From positions 238,103 through 302,102 of the forward strand of contig CAWHDZ010000040.1 in the NCBI GenBank assembly GCA_963828255.1: a stretch of DNA of 64,000 nucleotides, read 5' to 3'. Positions 47,363 through 58,646 of the stretch are shown here, piece by piece. Positions within the stretch are counted from its first letter, which is position 1, and each line of letters opens with the position of its first letter. Below the pieces are notes generated by a model that was given only the letters and a program-made list of their open reading frames with translations, was not told where the DNA came from and searched no databases. Both the position numbers and the translations under genes were made by a program. This stretch comes from an uncultured delta proteobacterium. GTDB lineage: Bacteria; Myxococcota; Myxococcia; Myxococcales; Anaeromyxobacteraceae.

Positions 47363-48313
47363 CTGGCCGAGCGCCACCAGTACCAGGCCGGGGAGAGCGA
47401 GGCCGGGGTCCGCCTCGACCTGGCCGTGTCGCGCCTGGCGCCCGCCCTGTCGCGCGCCCGCGTGCAACGCCTCCTCTCCGACGGGCACGTCCTCCTGGAC
47501 GGGCGGCCGGCCAAGGCGTCGGCGCGGCTCCGGGGGAACGAGCGGATCACCGTGGAGATCGCCGACCCCGAGCCATCCGGCGTGGTCCCGCAGGACCTCC
47601 CGCTCGAGGTGCTCCACGAGGACCGGGATCTCATCGTCCTCGACAAGCGCGCCGGGATGGTGGTCCACCCTGCCCGCGGAACGCCCCACTCCACGGTGGT
47701 GAACGCGCTCCTGCACCGGCTGGGCGGCGAGGGGGCGGGTGGGGACCGGCCAGGACTCGTCCACCGGCTCGACAAGGACACCTCCGGCTGCCTGGTGGTG
47801 GCGAGGACCGAGGCAGCGCTCCTGGATCTCCAGGCCCAGTTCCAGGACCGCACGGTCGAGAAGGTCTACCTGGCGCTGGTCCACGGCCACCTGCCCCGGG
47901 AGGGTCGGCTCGAGACTCCCTTCGGACGCCACCCCCGAGACCGGAAACGCTTCACCAGTCGTGAAGGGAGCCGGAGGGCCCTGACCGAGTGGCGGGTCCA
48001 GGAGCGCTTCGGGGACCGCGCAACGCTGGCCGAGGTCACCCTCCACACCGGCCGGACGCACCAGATCCGGGTCCACCTGTCCGAGGCCGGGCACCCCGTG
48101 GTGGCGGACGCCACGTACGGCGGAGTGCGCCGGGAGGCCCGGATGGCACCCGACGATCCGGTCCGGCTGGCGTCCACGGCGGTGGGGCGCCAGGCGCTCC
48201 ACGCCTGGAAGCTGGCGTTTCACCATCCGCGGACCGGTCGGCTGCGCCGGTTCGAGGCCCCCGTCCCGCAGGACCTCCTCGCCGCCATCGAGATCCTCCG
48301 GCGAGCCGGATAG
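47363..48313 (+). CDS. rluD: RluA/RluD family pseudouridine synthase
   Basis: S4 domain RLD...SRARVQ, GMVVHP, HRLDKDTSG, TGRTHQIRVH, QALHA; probable CTG start. Confidence 0.92.
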   Translation: MAERHQYQAGESEAGVRLDLAVSRLAPALSRARVQRLLSDGHVLLDGRPAKASARLRGNERITVEIADPEPSGVVPQDLPLEVLHEDRDLIVLDKRAGMVVHPARGTPHSTVVNALLHRLGGEGAGGDRPGLVHRLDKDTSGCLVVARTEAALLDLQAQFQDRTVEKVYLALVHGHLPREGRLETPFGRHPRDRKRFTSREGSRRALTEWRVQERFGDRATLAEVTLHTGRTHQIRVHLSEAGHPVVADATYGGVRREARMAPDDPVRLASTAVGRQALHAWKLAFHHPRTGRLRRFEAPVPQDLLAAIEILRRAG

Positions 48314-48316
48314 CGG

Positions 48317-48907
48317 TCAGCGGCCTCTGGGCCGGGCCTCGAATCGGCGCATGGTGTCGCGGGCGCGCCGCGTCGCGGGGTCGATGGCGAGGCCCGCTTC
48401 CTCGAGCGTCCGCTCCGTCTCGCGGTTGGGGTGACACCCCCCGGAGAGTACGGTCCAGGCCGGCTGGCTCCAGTCCTGGAGACGGGCCTTCCAGGGTAGG
48501 GGCGAGCGGACGTGCTCGAGCGCCCGGACCAATCCCCCGGGCGCGAGCACCCGCAGCATCTCCGACGCGGCCCGTCCCGGGTCGGTCACCGAGCAGAGGA
48601 CGAGCCCGCTCGTGACGGTGTCGAACGTGCCGTCCCGGAAGGGAAGCGCCTCGGCCCTGGCCCGGACGAGCAGGGACCCGGGCGATCGCCGGCGGGCCCG
48701 TGCCAGGCTCTGGGCGCACGGGTCGACCCCCACCGTCCGGGCCCCGGGTGGGAGGAGCGGCAGGTTGCGGCCGGTGCCGCATCCCAGGTCGAGCGTGCGG
48801 CCACGAGCCCCCTCGGTCAGCCAGTGACGCCAGGGTCCGAGCCCGAGCCGCTCGAGCAGGGCCATGCCCGCGTCGTACATCCAGGGGATCTGCTCGGCGC
48901 CTCGCAC
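48317..48907 (-). CDS. Class I SAM-dependent methyltransferase
   Basis: LDLGCGTG, AEALPF.DGTFD, LCSV, RVLAPGG, GGCHPNR. Confidence 0.9.
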   Translation of the reverse strand: MRGAEQIPWMYDAGMALLERLGLGPWRHWLTEGARGRTLDLGCGTGRNLPLLPPGARTVGVDPCAQSLARARRRSPGSLLVRARAEALPFRDGTFDTVTSGLVLCSVTDPGRAASEMLRVLAPGGLVRALEHVRSPLPWKARLQDWSQPAWTVLSGGCHPNRETERTLEEAGLAIDPATRRARDTMRRFEARPRGR

Positions 48908-48916
48908 GGGGATCTC

Positions 48917-50791
48917 CTAGTCCAGGTAGCCCTGGGCCTGCAGCGAGAAGAGGTGGGCGTAGCGGCCGTCCCGGTCGATGAGCTCCCGGTGGCTCCCCAG
49001 TTCCTCGACCAGGCCGCCGTGGAGGACGGCGATCCGGTCGGCAATCCGGACGGTCGAGAACCGGTGGGAGATGACGATGGCGGTTCGACCTGCGGCGAGC
49101 TCGCGGAAGCGGACGAAGAGCTCGTGCTCGGACTCGGCGTCGATGCTGGCGGTGGGCTCGTCGAGCACCAGGATCTCGGCATCCCGCATGAAGGCCCGGG
49201 CCACTGCCAGCTTCTGCCACTGCCCGGCGGAGATCTCGTGCCCGGCCTCGAACCACCCTCCGAGCACCGTGTCGAGACCGCGGGGAAGGGAGTCGACGAG
49301 CGACGCGGCCCCGGCCCTGCGCGCCGCCTCGGCGATGCGGGGGCGGTCCTCGACGTGGGCGGGGCTCCCGAGACCGATGTTCTCGGCCGCCGTGAACTGG
49401 TAGCGGACGAAGTCCTGGAACACGGCGCCGATGCGGGAGCGGAGGTCGCGGGGATCGAGGTCGCGGATGTCGACGCCCCCGTAGGTGATCCGCCCCTCGG
49501 TGGGGTCGTAGAGCCGCAGGAGAAGCTTCACGAGCGTGCTCTTCCCGGCGCCGTTCTCCCCGACGAGCCCCAGCGTCTCGCCCGGCTCGAGCCGGAGGCT
49601 GACGCCGCGAAGCGCCCACTCCGGCCGCGACGGGTAGCGGAAGGATACGTTCTCGAAGGCGATGGCGAGCGGGGGGCCTCTGGGCACGGTGGCGGGCGGG
49701 TCCACCCGCGCCCGCTCGCCCGTGGTCGGGATGGCGAGGAACGCGAAGAGGTTCGACATGTAGAGCGCGTCCTCGTACGTGGCGCCCACGGCGGTGAGGA
49801 TTCCCTGGAAGGCCGACTGGCCCTGCCGGAAGACCACGAGGTAGAGGGTCATGTCTCCGAGCGAGATCTCGCCCCGCGCCGCTCGCGCTGCGACGAGCAG
49901 GTACATCCCGTAGAAGGCGGCCAGCGCCAGGATCCCGAAGCCGGCGCCGGCCGCGAGGCGGCGGACCGCGAGCCGCCGATCCTCGTCGTAGAACTTCGTG
50001 AAGAGCAGCCGGTACCGGCCGAGCACGAGCGGGCCGAGGTCGAAGAGCTTGACCTCCTTCACGTGGGAGTCGCGGGTGAGGATCCACTCCAGGTAGTTGA
50101 GGCGCCTCCCCTCCGGTGCCCGCCAGGTGTTGACCCGGAAGGACTCGGAGGAGAGGCGAGCCTCGGCGACGAAGGCCGGAACCGAGGCGACGACGATGAC
50201 GAGGACGCTCCATGGGGAGAGCCGCCAGAGGAGGGCCGAGAGGGCGGCCAGGGTCACGGCGTTCTGGGCAACGCCGAAGGCCTGCATGACGAGGGAGAGG
50301 GGTCGGGACGACGCCTCCCGCCGGGCGTTCTGCATCTTGTCGTAGACGTCGGCGTCCTCGAAGTGGCGCAGCTCGAGCGACAGGGCCTTCTCGAGGATCC
50401 CCACGTTGATGCGATTGCCGAGGTGGGTTCGCAGGAGCTCGCGGAGCAGTCCCAGGAGCCGCCCGACCAAGAGCCCCGTCGCCAGGAGGGCGAGCTCGAC
50501 GAGGACCAGGCGCGCCACCCGGTCCCTCGCCTCGGGCGAGCCGGAGCCGGCCGCCTCCACCACCCCGTCGATGATGAGCTTCCCCACCCAGGCAACCGGG
50601 GCGGGCAGGAGCGCCGCCATCCCGGTGAGGACCGCGATGGCGATCGTTCCGCGCCGGTCGGCCTCCCAGACCAGCCGGAAGGTGCCCGGGACCTGCGCGA
50701 AGACGCCGCCCGCCGCCTTCAGCCGGCCGCGGAGGCCGGCCGGGCCGGAGGGGTCCGGCTTCGGCAATCTGGAGATGTGGGCAGCTGGCAA
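48917..50791 (-). CDS. ABC exporter, fused permease/ATP-binding protein
   Basis: TM domain, GENGAGKST, ISAGQWQK, LVLDEP, ISHR; start approximate. Confidence 0.93.
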   Translation of the reverse strand: MPAAHISRLPKPDPSGPAGLRGRLKAAGGVFAQVPGTFRLVWEADRRGTIAIAVLTGMAALLPAPVAWVGKLIIDGVVEAAGSGSPEARDRVARLVLVELALLATGLLVGRLLGLLRELLRTHLGNRINVGILEKALSLELRHFEDADVYDKMQNARREASSRPLSLVMQAFGVAQNAVTLAALSALLWRLSPWSVLVIVVASVPAFVAEARLSSESFRVNTWRAPEGRRLNYLEWILTRDSHVKEVKLFDLGPLVLGRYRLLFTKFYDEDRRLAVRRLAAGAGFGILALAAFYGMYLLVAARAARGEISLGDMTLYLVVFRQGQSAFQGILTAVGATYEDALYMSNLFAFLAIPTTGERARVDPPATVPRGPPLAIAFENVSFRYPSRPEWALRGVSLRLEPGETLGLVGENGAGKSTLVKLLLRLYDPTEGRITYGGVDIRDLDPRDLRSRIGAVFQDFVRYQFTAAENIGLGSPAHVEDRPRIAEAARRAGAASLVDSLPRGLDTVLGGWFEAGHEISAGQWQKLAVARAFMRDAEILVLDEPTASIDAESEHELFVRFRELAAGRTAIVISHRFSTVRIADRIAVLHGGLVEELGSHRELIDRDGRYAHLFSLQAQGYLD

Positions 50792-50849
50792 GGACCTGGG
50801 CTAGATAACGCCTTCAGTTTTTCGACGCCACGGCGTACATGGGTCCTCG

Positions 50850-52901
<2,052 letters not shown>

Positions 52902-52909
52902 CGACACCT

Positions 52910-54253
52910 TCACGGCGCCGCGGCGTGTCCCCGGCCGGTCTCGCCGGTGCGGTCGAGCGATAGCTTGAACAGGACCGGTCCGACAAGCTGGTTGAGGGCC
53001 ACCGCGGCCACCGCCAGAGCCCCGAACTGCGCTCCGAAGGCGGGGAATTGCCCTTGCATCTGCGAGGCGATTCCCAGCGCGATTCCCGCCTGGGAGACCA
53101 GGCCGGCCCAGCCCCAGGCACGCAACTCGGGGGGATCGCCGGCGATCCGGGCGGTGACCCGCGCCCCGACCACGGCGGTGGCCAGGCGGACCGCGAAGAA
53201 GAGCAGGGCTGCCGGCCAGAGGGTCCCGAGCAGGTCGAGATCGAGGTAGGCACCGGCGGTGGCGAAGAAGATCACGTACACCACCTCGCCGGTCTGCTCC
53301 ACGGCGTGGAGCAGCTTGTCTCCCTGCCGGGAGAAGTTCTGCACCACGAAGCCGGCCGTGAGGAAGGTGAGCAGCCACTCGAAGCGCAAGTAGGCGATGG
53401 CGTCCACCACCACGAGCCCGAGCAGCAGGAGCACGAGCAGCACCTGCCGGCCCACGAAGCGCAGGTAGGCGACGAGCAGGAGCCCCAGGGTGGTCCCGAT
53501 GGCGATGCTCCCCAGGAGTCCGTGTCCGAGCTCGCCGAAGGCGGCCAGGGAGAGCGTGGCGCCCGGCTCGAGCAGGGGCCGCACCACGGTCATGACCAGC
53601 GCGAGCAGCACCACCACCACGACGTCGGAGGTCATCACGAATCCGACGGTGAAGTCGGTGAGGCGCCCGGCCGGACGGGTCTGGCTCAGGATGCCCATCA
53701 CGGCCGACGGGCTGCGGGTGATGGAGACGACGCCCCAGAGGAGGGCCACCGCGAACACCGCAGGGAGCTCCATCCCCCGCGTGAACGGGAGGAGGTCGCG
53801 GGCCAGGACGAACGTGGCGGGGATCACCAGGAGTGCGAGACCGTTCTGGATCACCGAGGCCGCGACCAGGCTCCTGAAGCCGCGCCGGACCGCGTCGAGC
53901 CGCAGTTCGGCCCCTCCGGCGAGCGCGATGAGGGAGAGCGCGAGGGAGTTGACGATCGAGAGGTCGGCCACCGCCTCGTGTCCGACGGCGTGGAGCACGT
54001 GCGGCCCGGCCACGATCCCGGCCAGGAGGAAGCCGGTCAGGTGCGGGAGCCGGAGCAGCTCGAGGAGGCTCGCGGCCAGGGTGCCGGCCAGCAGCAAGAA
54101 GCCGATGGCGGCCAGGTCGCGCCCGGTCCGCTGCCACTCCCCGGGGAGGGATCCGGCGAGCCGTTCGACCCAGAGCATGAGCGCGAAGAGGCCGGCGAGC
54201 GCGGCGATCTCGAGCAGGCGCGTGCCCGGTCCCTTGGCGGGGGGCGGGCTCAC
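52910..54253 (-). CDS. Cation:proton antiporter (CPA)-like membrane protein
   Basis: LP.LTGFLLAGIVAGP, GGAEL, IFFATAG, SQAGIALG, GP.L; GTG start overlaps upstream stop. Confidence 0.8.
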   Translation of the reverse strand: MSPPPAKGPGTRLLEIAALAGLFALMLWVERLAGSLPGEWQRTGRDLAAIGFLLLAGTLAASLLELLRLPHLTGFLLAGIVAGPHVLHAVGHEAVADLSIVNSLALSLIALAGGAELRLDAVRRGFRSLVAASVIQNGLALLVIPATFVLARDLLPFTRGMELPAVFAVALLWGVVSITRSPSAVMGILSQTRPAGRLTDFTVGFVMTSDVVVVVLLALVMTVVRPLLEPGATLSLAAFGELGHGLLGSIAIGTTLGLLLVAYLRFVGRQVLLVLLLLGLVVVDAIAYLRFEWLLTFLTAGFVVQNFSRQGDKLLHAVEQTGEVVYVIFFATAGAYLDLDLLGTLWPAALLFFAVRLATAVVGARVTARIAGDPPELRAWGWAGLVSQAGIALGIASQMQGQFPAFGAQFGALAVAAVALNQLVGPVLFKLSLDRTGETGRGHAAAP

Positions 54254-55437
54254 GGGGGCACCTCTCCAGCCCGCCGAAGGGCGCGACGCAGGGCGGGCGG
54301 GCCGAGGAACTCCCCTGCGACGGCGGCGATCACGGTCGTGGCGAGCACGAGGTCGCCCACCGGACCCGGATGGCGAAGGTGGACGGCCAGGGCGATGGCG
54401 ATGCCCAGCGGACCGGTGGAGACGAAGGAGAGGGTGAGCCAGGGTCCACCGCGGCGCGCCCGGGGATCCACGGCCGCGATCAGGGCGGCCACGACGATCG
54501 CGACCCCGAGGCGGGCCAGCAGGGCCGCCCCGACGATCCAGAGGGCCGGCCCCGAGAGCAGGGGCGTCCTGGCACCGGCGAGGAAGAGGGCCGGGAGGAT
54601 GACCGCGCCCTCCACGCCCACGGCGATCTCCCGCGCCCTCGCACGCAGCGGGGAGGCGATCGCGAGGGCCAGGCCCAGCGAGAACCCGACTGCCAGGACC
54701 GACAGGTCGACGCGCGCGGCGACCCCCGTGGCGAGCAGGGAAACTCCGAAGAGCAGCGACCAGAATGCCGCCTTTCGGAGCGTCCGGCCCAGGAGCCCGG
54801 CAAGGACGAGGCCGAGAACGCCTCCCAGCGCGAGCGCGGCCAGGGGAAGGGCCCGGAGGACGTCGGGAGAGCTGTCGAGCGTGACCAGGGTGCTCAGCGC
54901 GGCGAGGGCGACCACGTCGTCGGTCCGGGTGATGCCCGACACCCGGTCCAGGAGCGGTCCGCTCGCGCCCAGGCGCTCCCGGGCCCACCGGGCGACGTGG
55001 CGAGAGGTGTCTGCCAGGGCGGCCCCGACGCAGACCGCCACGGCGACCCGCTGCGGCGGTTCGGGGAAGAGTGCTCCCGCGGACGGGAACCGGTCGAGGA
55101 CGGACCAGACCGCGCCTGCGACCCCGGCGAAGGAGAGGAGCCCGGCCAGGAGGCCCAGGGCGATGGACTTGGCCCCGATCCGGTTCTCGCCGTCGACGCC
55201 GAAGGTGAGCCCCACGAGGAGCGCGATCCACCCGGTGGCGAGGAGCGCGATCGGCGCGAAGAGGGACACCTCGGCGCCGCCCATCAGGCCGAGAGCGGCG
55301 GGACCGGTGACGAAGCCCACCACGAGCCATTCGGACCCGGAGGGAAGGCCGCGACCGCGAAGCCCGCGCCCGCCCATGAGGAACCCGCCCATGTAGGCGA
55401 CCACGAGGAGGACGAACAGCGCCTGCAGGGTGCTCAC
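54250..55437 (-). CDS. CPA-like multi-pass membrane protein
   Basis: About twelve hydrophobic segments; GFVTGP..LG, DDVVAL, EFLGP..LRRAL. Confidence 0.65.
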   Translation of the reverse strand: MSTLQALFVLLVVAYMGGFLMGGRGLRGRGLPSGSEWLVVGFVTGPAALGLMGGAEVSLFAPIALLATGWIALLVGLTFGVDGENRIGAKSIALGLLAGLLSFAGVAGAVWSVLDRFPSAGALFPEPPQRVAVAVCVGAALADTSRHVARWARERLGASGPLLDRVSGITRTDDVVALAALSTLVTLDSSPDVLRALPLAALALGGVLGLVLAGLLGRTLRKAAFWSLLFGVSLLATGVAARVDLSVLAVGFSLGLALAIASPLRARAREIAVGVEGAVILPALFLAGARTPLLSGPALWIVGAALLARLGVAIVVAALIAAVDPRARRGGPWLTLSFVSTGPLGIAIALAVHLRHPGPVGDLVLATTVIAAVAGEFLGPPALRRALRRAGEVPP

Positions 55438-56927
55438 GCCACCCCCGCCGCTCCCGGCTGGGAGCGACCCAGCTTGACCCCCTCGGCGCGGAGCGCGGAG
55501 GCGACCCGCACCGCCAGGTCGTCGCCGGGCCCGGCGACGCGGTAGAGGGCTCCGGATGCGTCGAGCCGGACCAGGTCGGCCGCCGTCCCCGGGCCACCGG
55601 TGCGAAGCAGGATCTCGCGGACCAGGGCCTGGTCCTCGGCGGGGTCGATGGAGAGCTCGAAGCGGGCGGCAGCCGCGAGCCCGGGCAGGCGGGTGGGATG
55701 CAGGAGCGTGGCGAGGTGGGGGACGAGCACCCGCCGTCCGGAGGAGTCCTCGACCTCCACGTCGAGGAGGCCGACCGTCCGGACGATTCCGCCGGTGCTG
55801 CCGATCTCCGCCACGTGTCCCGTCCGGTAGACCCTCCCGAGGAGGCGCGGCAGCCCTGCGGCCACGTTCGCCAGGGCCGGCACGGACGCCAGGGCGACCG
55901 CCAGGAGGGCCGCCTGGCCGACGCTCGCCAGCATGCCCTCGTCCCGGCCGGTCAGGATCGGCGCGGCGAAGACGGCTGCCAGGAGCACCAGGGTGATGCG
56001 CACCAGCTGCCCTGCCGGGATGGCGAGCTCGGCGGGAACCCAGCGCAGGTGGGTCTCCCCGGCGGCCACGCTTCCGAAGAAGAGCCGGACGGCCCGAAGC
56101 GCCAGCCAGAGGAATGCCCCCGCCACGGTCGCCGCGATGGCGGCAGGGAGGGAGCTTCCCACCCGGGCGACCGTGGCCGCAGCCGGACCGAGAACCACCT
56201 GCCCGAGGCGCAGCCCGGCCCCCCGCGTGAAGGGGAAGACGGAGAGGGCGAAGACGAGCCAGGCGTAGGCGACGAGGATCTGCAGGACGACCCGCCCCAC
56301 CCGGACCGCGACGGTGAGCGCCCCGGCCACCCCTCGTGAGCTGACCAGCTCGACCCCACGAACCCGGAGGGAGGGAACCTGCCCCTTTCGTTCCCGAAGC
56401 GCCGCCTCGAGCCCCCGGTCCAGGTCGCCCATCTTCCGGAGGAGAAGCCAGGCCAGGAGCGCGGAGAGGACGAGGAGGGAGACGTGGAACACCACCTCGG
56501 CGATGCGGGCCCGGCGCCGCTCACCGCGGAGGGCCCGATCGATCTTCGCGGCCGTGGAGCGGGACAGCTCGGCCATTCCCGGTGCGCCCTCGGCGGCGAC
56601 GTCTTCCGGCCCGAGGTCGAGGATCAGGATGCTCCCGACCCGGATCGCCGCGTTGTCTCCCTGCAGGTCCACCGAGGCAGCCGCCGATGGCTCGGACTCC
56701 AGCACGTCGGAGAGGGCCTGGGTGGCGGCGCGCGCGCGGGCCCCGGGCGGCACCTCGCCGCGGGAGGCACGCAGGGTGAGCACCCGGGCGTCCCGCAGGG
56801 TCACCTCCGCACCGGGCGGTGGCGCCGTCGGCGACGCCGCGGCCAGGATCGGGATCAGGGTGAGGAGGAGCGCGGTGGAACGGAGGGACGGACCCGCACG
56901 CGCTGCGGTGGGTTCGGCCGGGCTCAC
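55434..56927 (-). CDS. MscS-family mechanosensitive channel-like protein
   Basis: Periplasmic N-domain, several TMs, LANVAAG...YRTGHVAEIG..G.V...GL...VP; start estimated. Confidence 0.75.
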   Translation of the reverse strand: MSPAEPTAARAGPSLRSTALLLTLIPILAAASPTAPPPGAEVTLRDARVLTLRASRGEVPPGARARAATQALSDVLESEPSAAASVDLQGDNAAIRVGSILILDLGPEDVAAEGAPGMAELSRSTAAKIDRALRGERRRARIAEVVFHVSLLVLSALLAWLLLRKMGDLDRGLEAALRERKGQVPSLRVRGVELVSSRGVAGALTVAVRVGRVVLQILVAYAWLVFALSVFPFTRGAGLRLGQVVLGPAAATVARVGSSLPAAIAATVAGAFLWLALRAVRLFFGSVAAGETHLRWVPAELAIPAGQLVRITLVLLAAVFAAPILTGRDEGMLASVGQAALLAVALASVPALANVAAGLPRLLGRVYRTGHVAEIGSTGGIVRTVGLLDVEVEDSSGRRVLVPHLATLLHPTRLPGLAAAARFELSIDPAEDQALVREILLRTGGPGTAADLVRLDASGALYRVAGPGDDLAVRVASALRAEGVKLGRSQPGAAGVA

Positions 56928-57032
56928 CGCCCAAGACTCAAGGAGGGCAATGGTCCCGGTCAAGGGCAATCGGTCCGGGAATGGCGGTTGGTCGGCTCCG
57001 GCCCCCGGGTTAGATTGCCGACCGGAGGCCGG

Positions 57033-57854
57033 ATGACCCTCGCAACGCTCCTCGCAACCCTCGCGCTCTCCGCCAACCCGGCGGTCTTCGTCGCCGTCGC
57101 CCCCGGCTACCCCGGCACCACTGCCGAGGCCCAGGCCTCCATGGATGCCTTCGCCGCGGCCCTCTCGGCCCGGGCTGGGCTCCCCCTGGGATCCATGGCC
57201 GCCGCCTACTTCGAGAAGGACCGGCCGGGTGCCGAGCGCCTGAAGGAGCCCGATGCGGTGATGGGCATGGTGGCCCTCCCGTTCCTCCTCAAGGAGGGAG
57301 ACGCCCTGCACCTCGAGCCGCGCCTCTCGGCCGCGCAGAAGGGAACGGGCCCCGTCGAGGTGTGGGCGCTCGTGGCGAAGAAGGGGCGGGTGACCGGGCC
57401 AGCCTCGCTCGACGGCTGGCAGGTGAACTCCATCGCCGGGTACGCGCCTGCCTTCGTGACCGGCGGTGCGCTCTCCGCCTGGGGGCGGATGCCGTCGAGC
57501 GTGAAGGTCGTGCAGACCGGCCAGGTGCTCTCGTCGCTCCGGAAGGCGGCAGCCGGGGAGAACCTCGCCGTGCTGCTCGACGGGGCGCAGGCCGCGGCGC
57601 TGCCCTCGCTGCCCTTCGCGGCGGACCTCGAGGTGGTGGCCCGGTCCGCTCCGATGCCCACGGGCGTCGTGGTGACGGTGGGGAAGCGCCTTCCGCCCGA
57701 TCGCTGGAAGGTGCTCGAGAAGGCCCTGCTCGGCCTGGCCGGGAGCCCCGAGGGCGCGGCCGCACTGGAGGCCATCCGGCTCCAGGGGTTCGGCCCGCTC
57801 GATACCGCCACCCTGGCCGCCGCTCGCAAGGCGTACGCGGCCGCGGCCAGGTGA
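57033..57854 (+). CDS. PhnD/SsuA-like periplasmic substrate-binding protein
   Basis: GGAGG RBS, signal peptide, PBP2-like pattern ending SAPMP.GVVV...LEKALL.L..SPEG...L..I...GF. Confidence 0.55.
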   Translation: MTLATLLATLALSANPAVFVAVAPGYPGTTAEAQASMDAFAAALSARAGLPLGSMAAAYFEKDRPGAERLKEPDAVMGMVALPFLLKEGDALHLEPRLSAAQKGTGPVEVWALVAKKGRVTGPASLDGWQVNSIAGYAPAFVTGGALSAWGRMPSSVKVVQTGQVLSSLRKAAAGENLAVLLDGAQAAALPSLPFAADLEVVARSAPMPTGVVVTVGKRLPPDRWKVLEKALLGLAGSPEGAAALEAIRLQGFGPLDTATLAAARKAYAAAAR

Positions 57855-58646
57855 TCGACCCGGCCCGCATCGCCTGGCTCGCCCTGCTCCTCGGTGCCGG
57901 ATGCGCCTCGGCGCTCAAGGAGCCGCCCCCGCTCGCGGCCCTTCAGCGGGATCCGGCCGGGACGGTGCCTGCGAACGCGCTCCTGCAGGAGGCGGCCGAG
58001 GAGTTCGAGAAGCGACCCCGACGCGGCTGCCGTCCGGCGGGCCGAGGGGCTGTGCCTTGCGGCTGCGCAGGCCGACGAGTCGCAGGCTGCGGGACTGGTC
58101 TGCGCCATCCAGGCCAAGGCCTGGCTGGCCGAGCGGGAGACGGACGTGAAGGTGCGGACCAACCTGGCGGTGAGCGCGGTGCAGGCTGGCCAGTGGTGCC
58201 TGCGGCGCGAGCCGGCCTCCGCCCCGTGCAGTTTCTGGCTGGCCGTCGCGCTCGGACTCCAGGCGAGGGACCGGCCCACGACCGTGGAGGACGGGCTGAA
58301 GCGGATGGCCCAGCTCCTCCGGGATACGGCCCGGGAGGCGCCGCTGCTCGACGAGGCCGGTCCCGACCGCGTCCTGGCGCTCCTGCTCGTCCGGGCGCCC
58401 GGCTGGCCGATCGGTCCGGGGGACTCCGAGGAGGCGCTGGTGCACGCCCGCAGGGCGGTCGAGCTGCGCCCCTCGTACCCGCCGAACCAGCTGGCGCTCG
58501 GAGAGGTTCTGCTCAGGAACGACGACAAGGTGAAGGGGCGGGAAGCGGTGCTCCGGGCCATCGAGCTCACCGGGGACGCCGCCTGGACGACCCATCCCGA
58601 CAGGCCATCCTGGGTGACGGACGGCCAGGCGCTCCTCGCCCGATGA
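57851..58646 (+). CDS. TPR-like lipoprotein (TatT-like), frameshift near 58018
   Basis: Lipobox LLLGAGC; after the shift FWLAVALG...EAGPDRVLALL..RAPGWP.GPGD..EAL. Confidence 0.6.
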
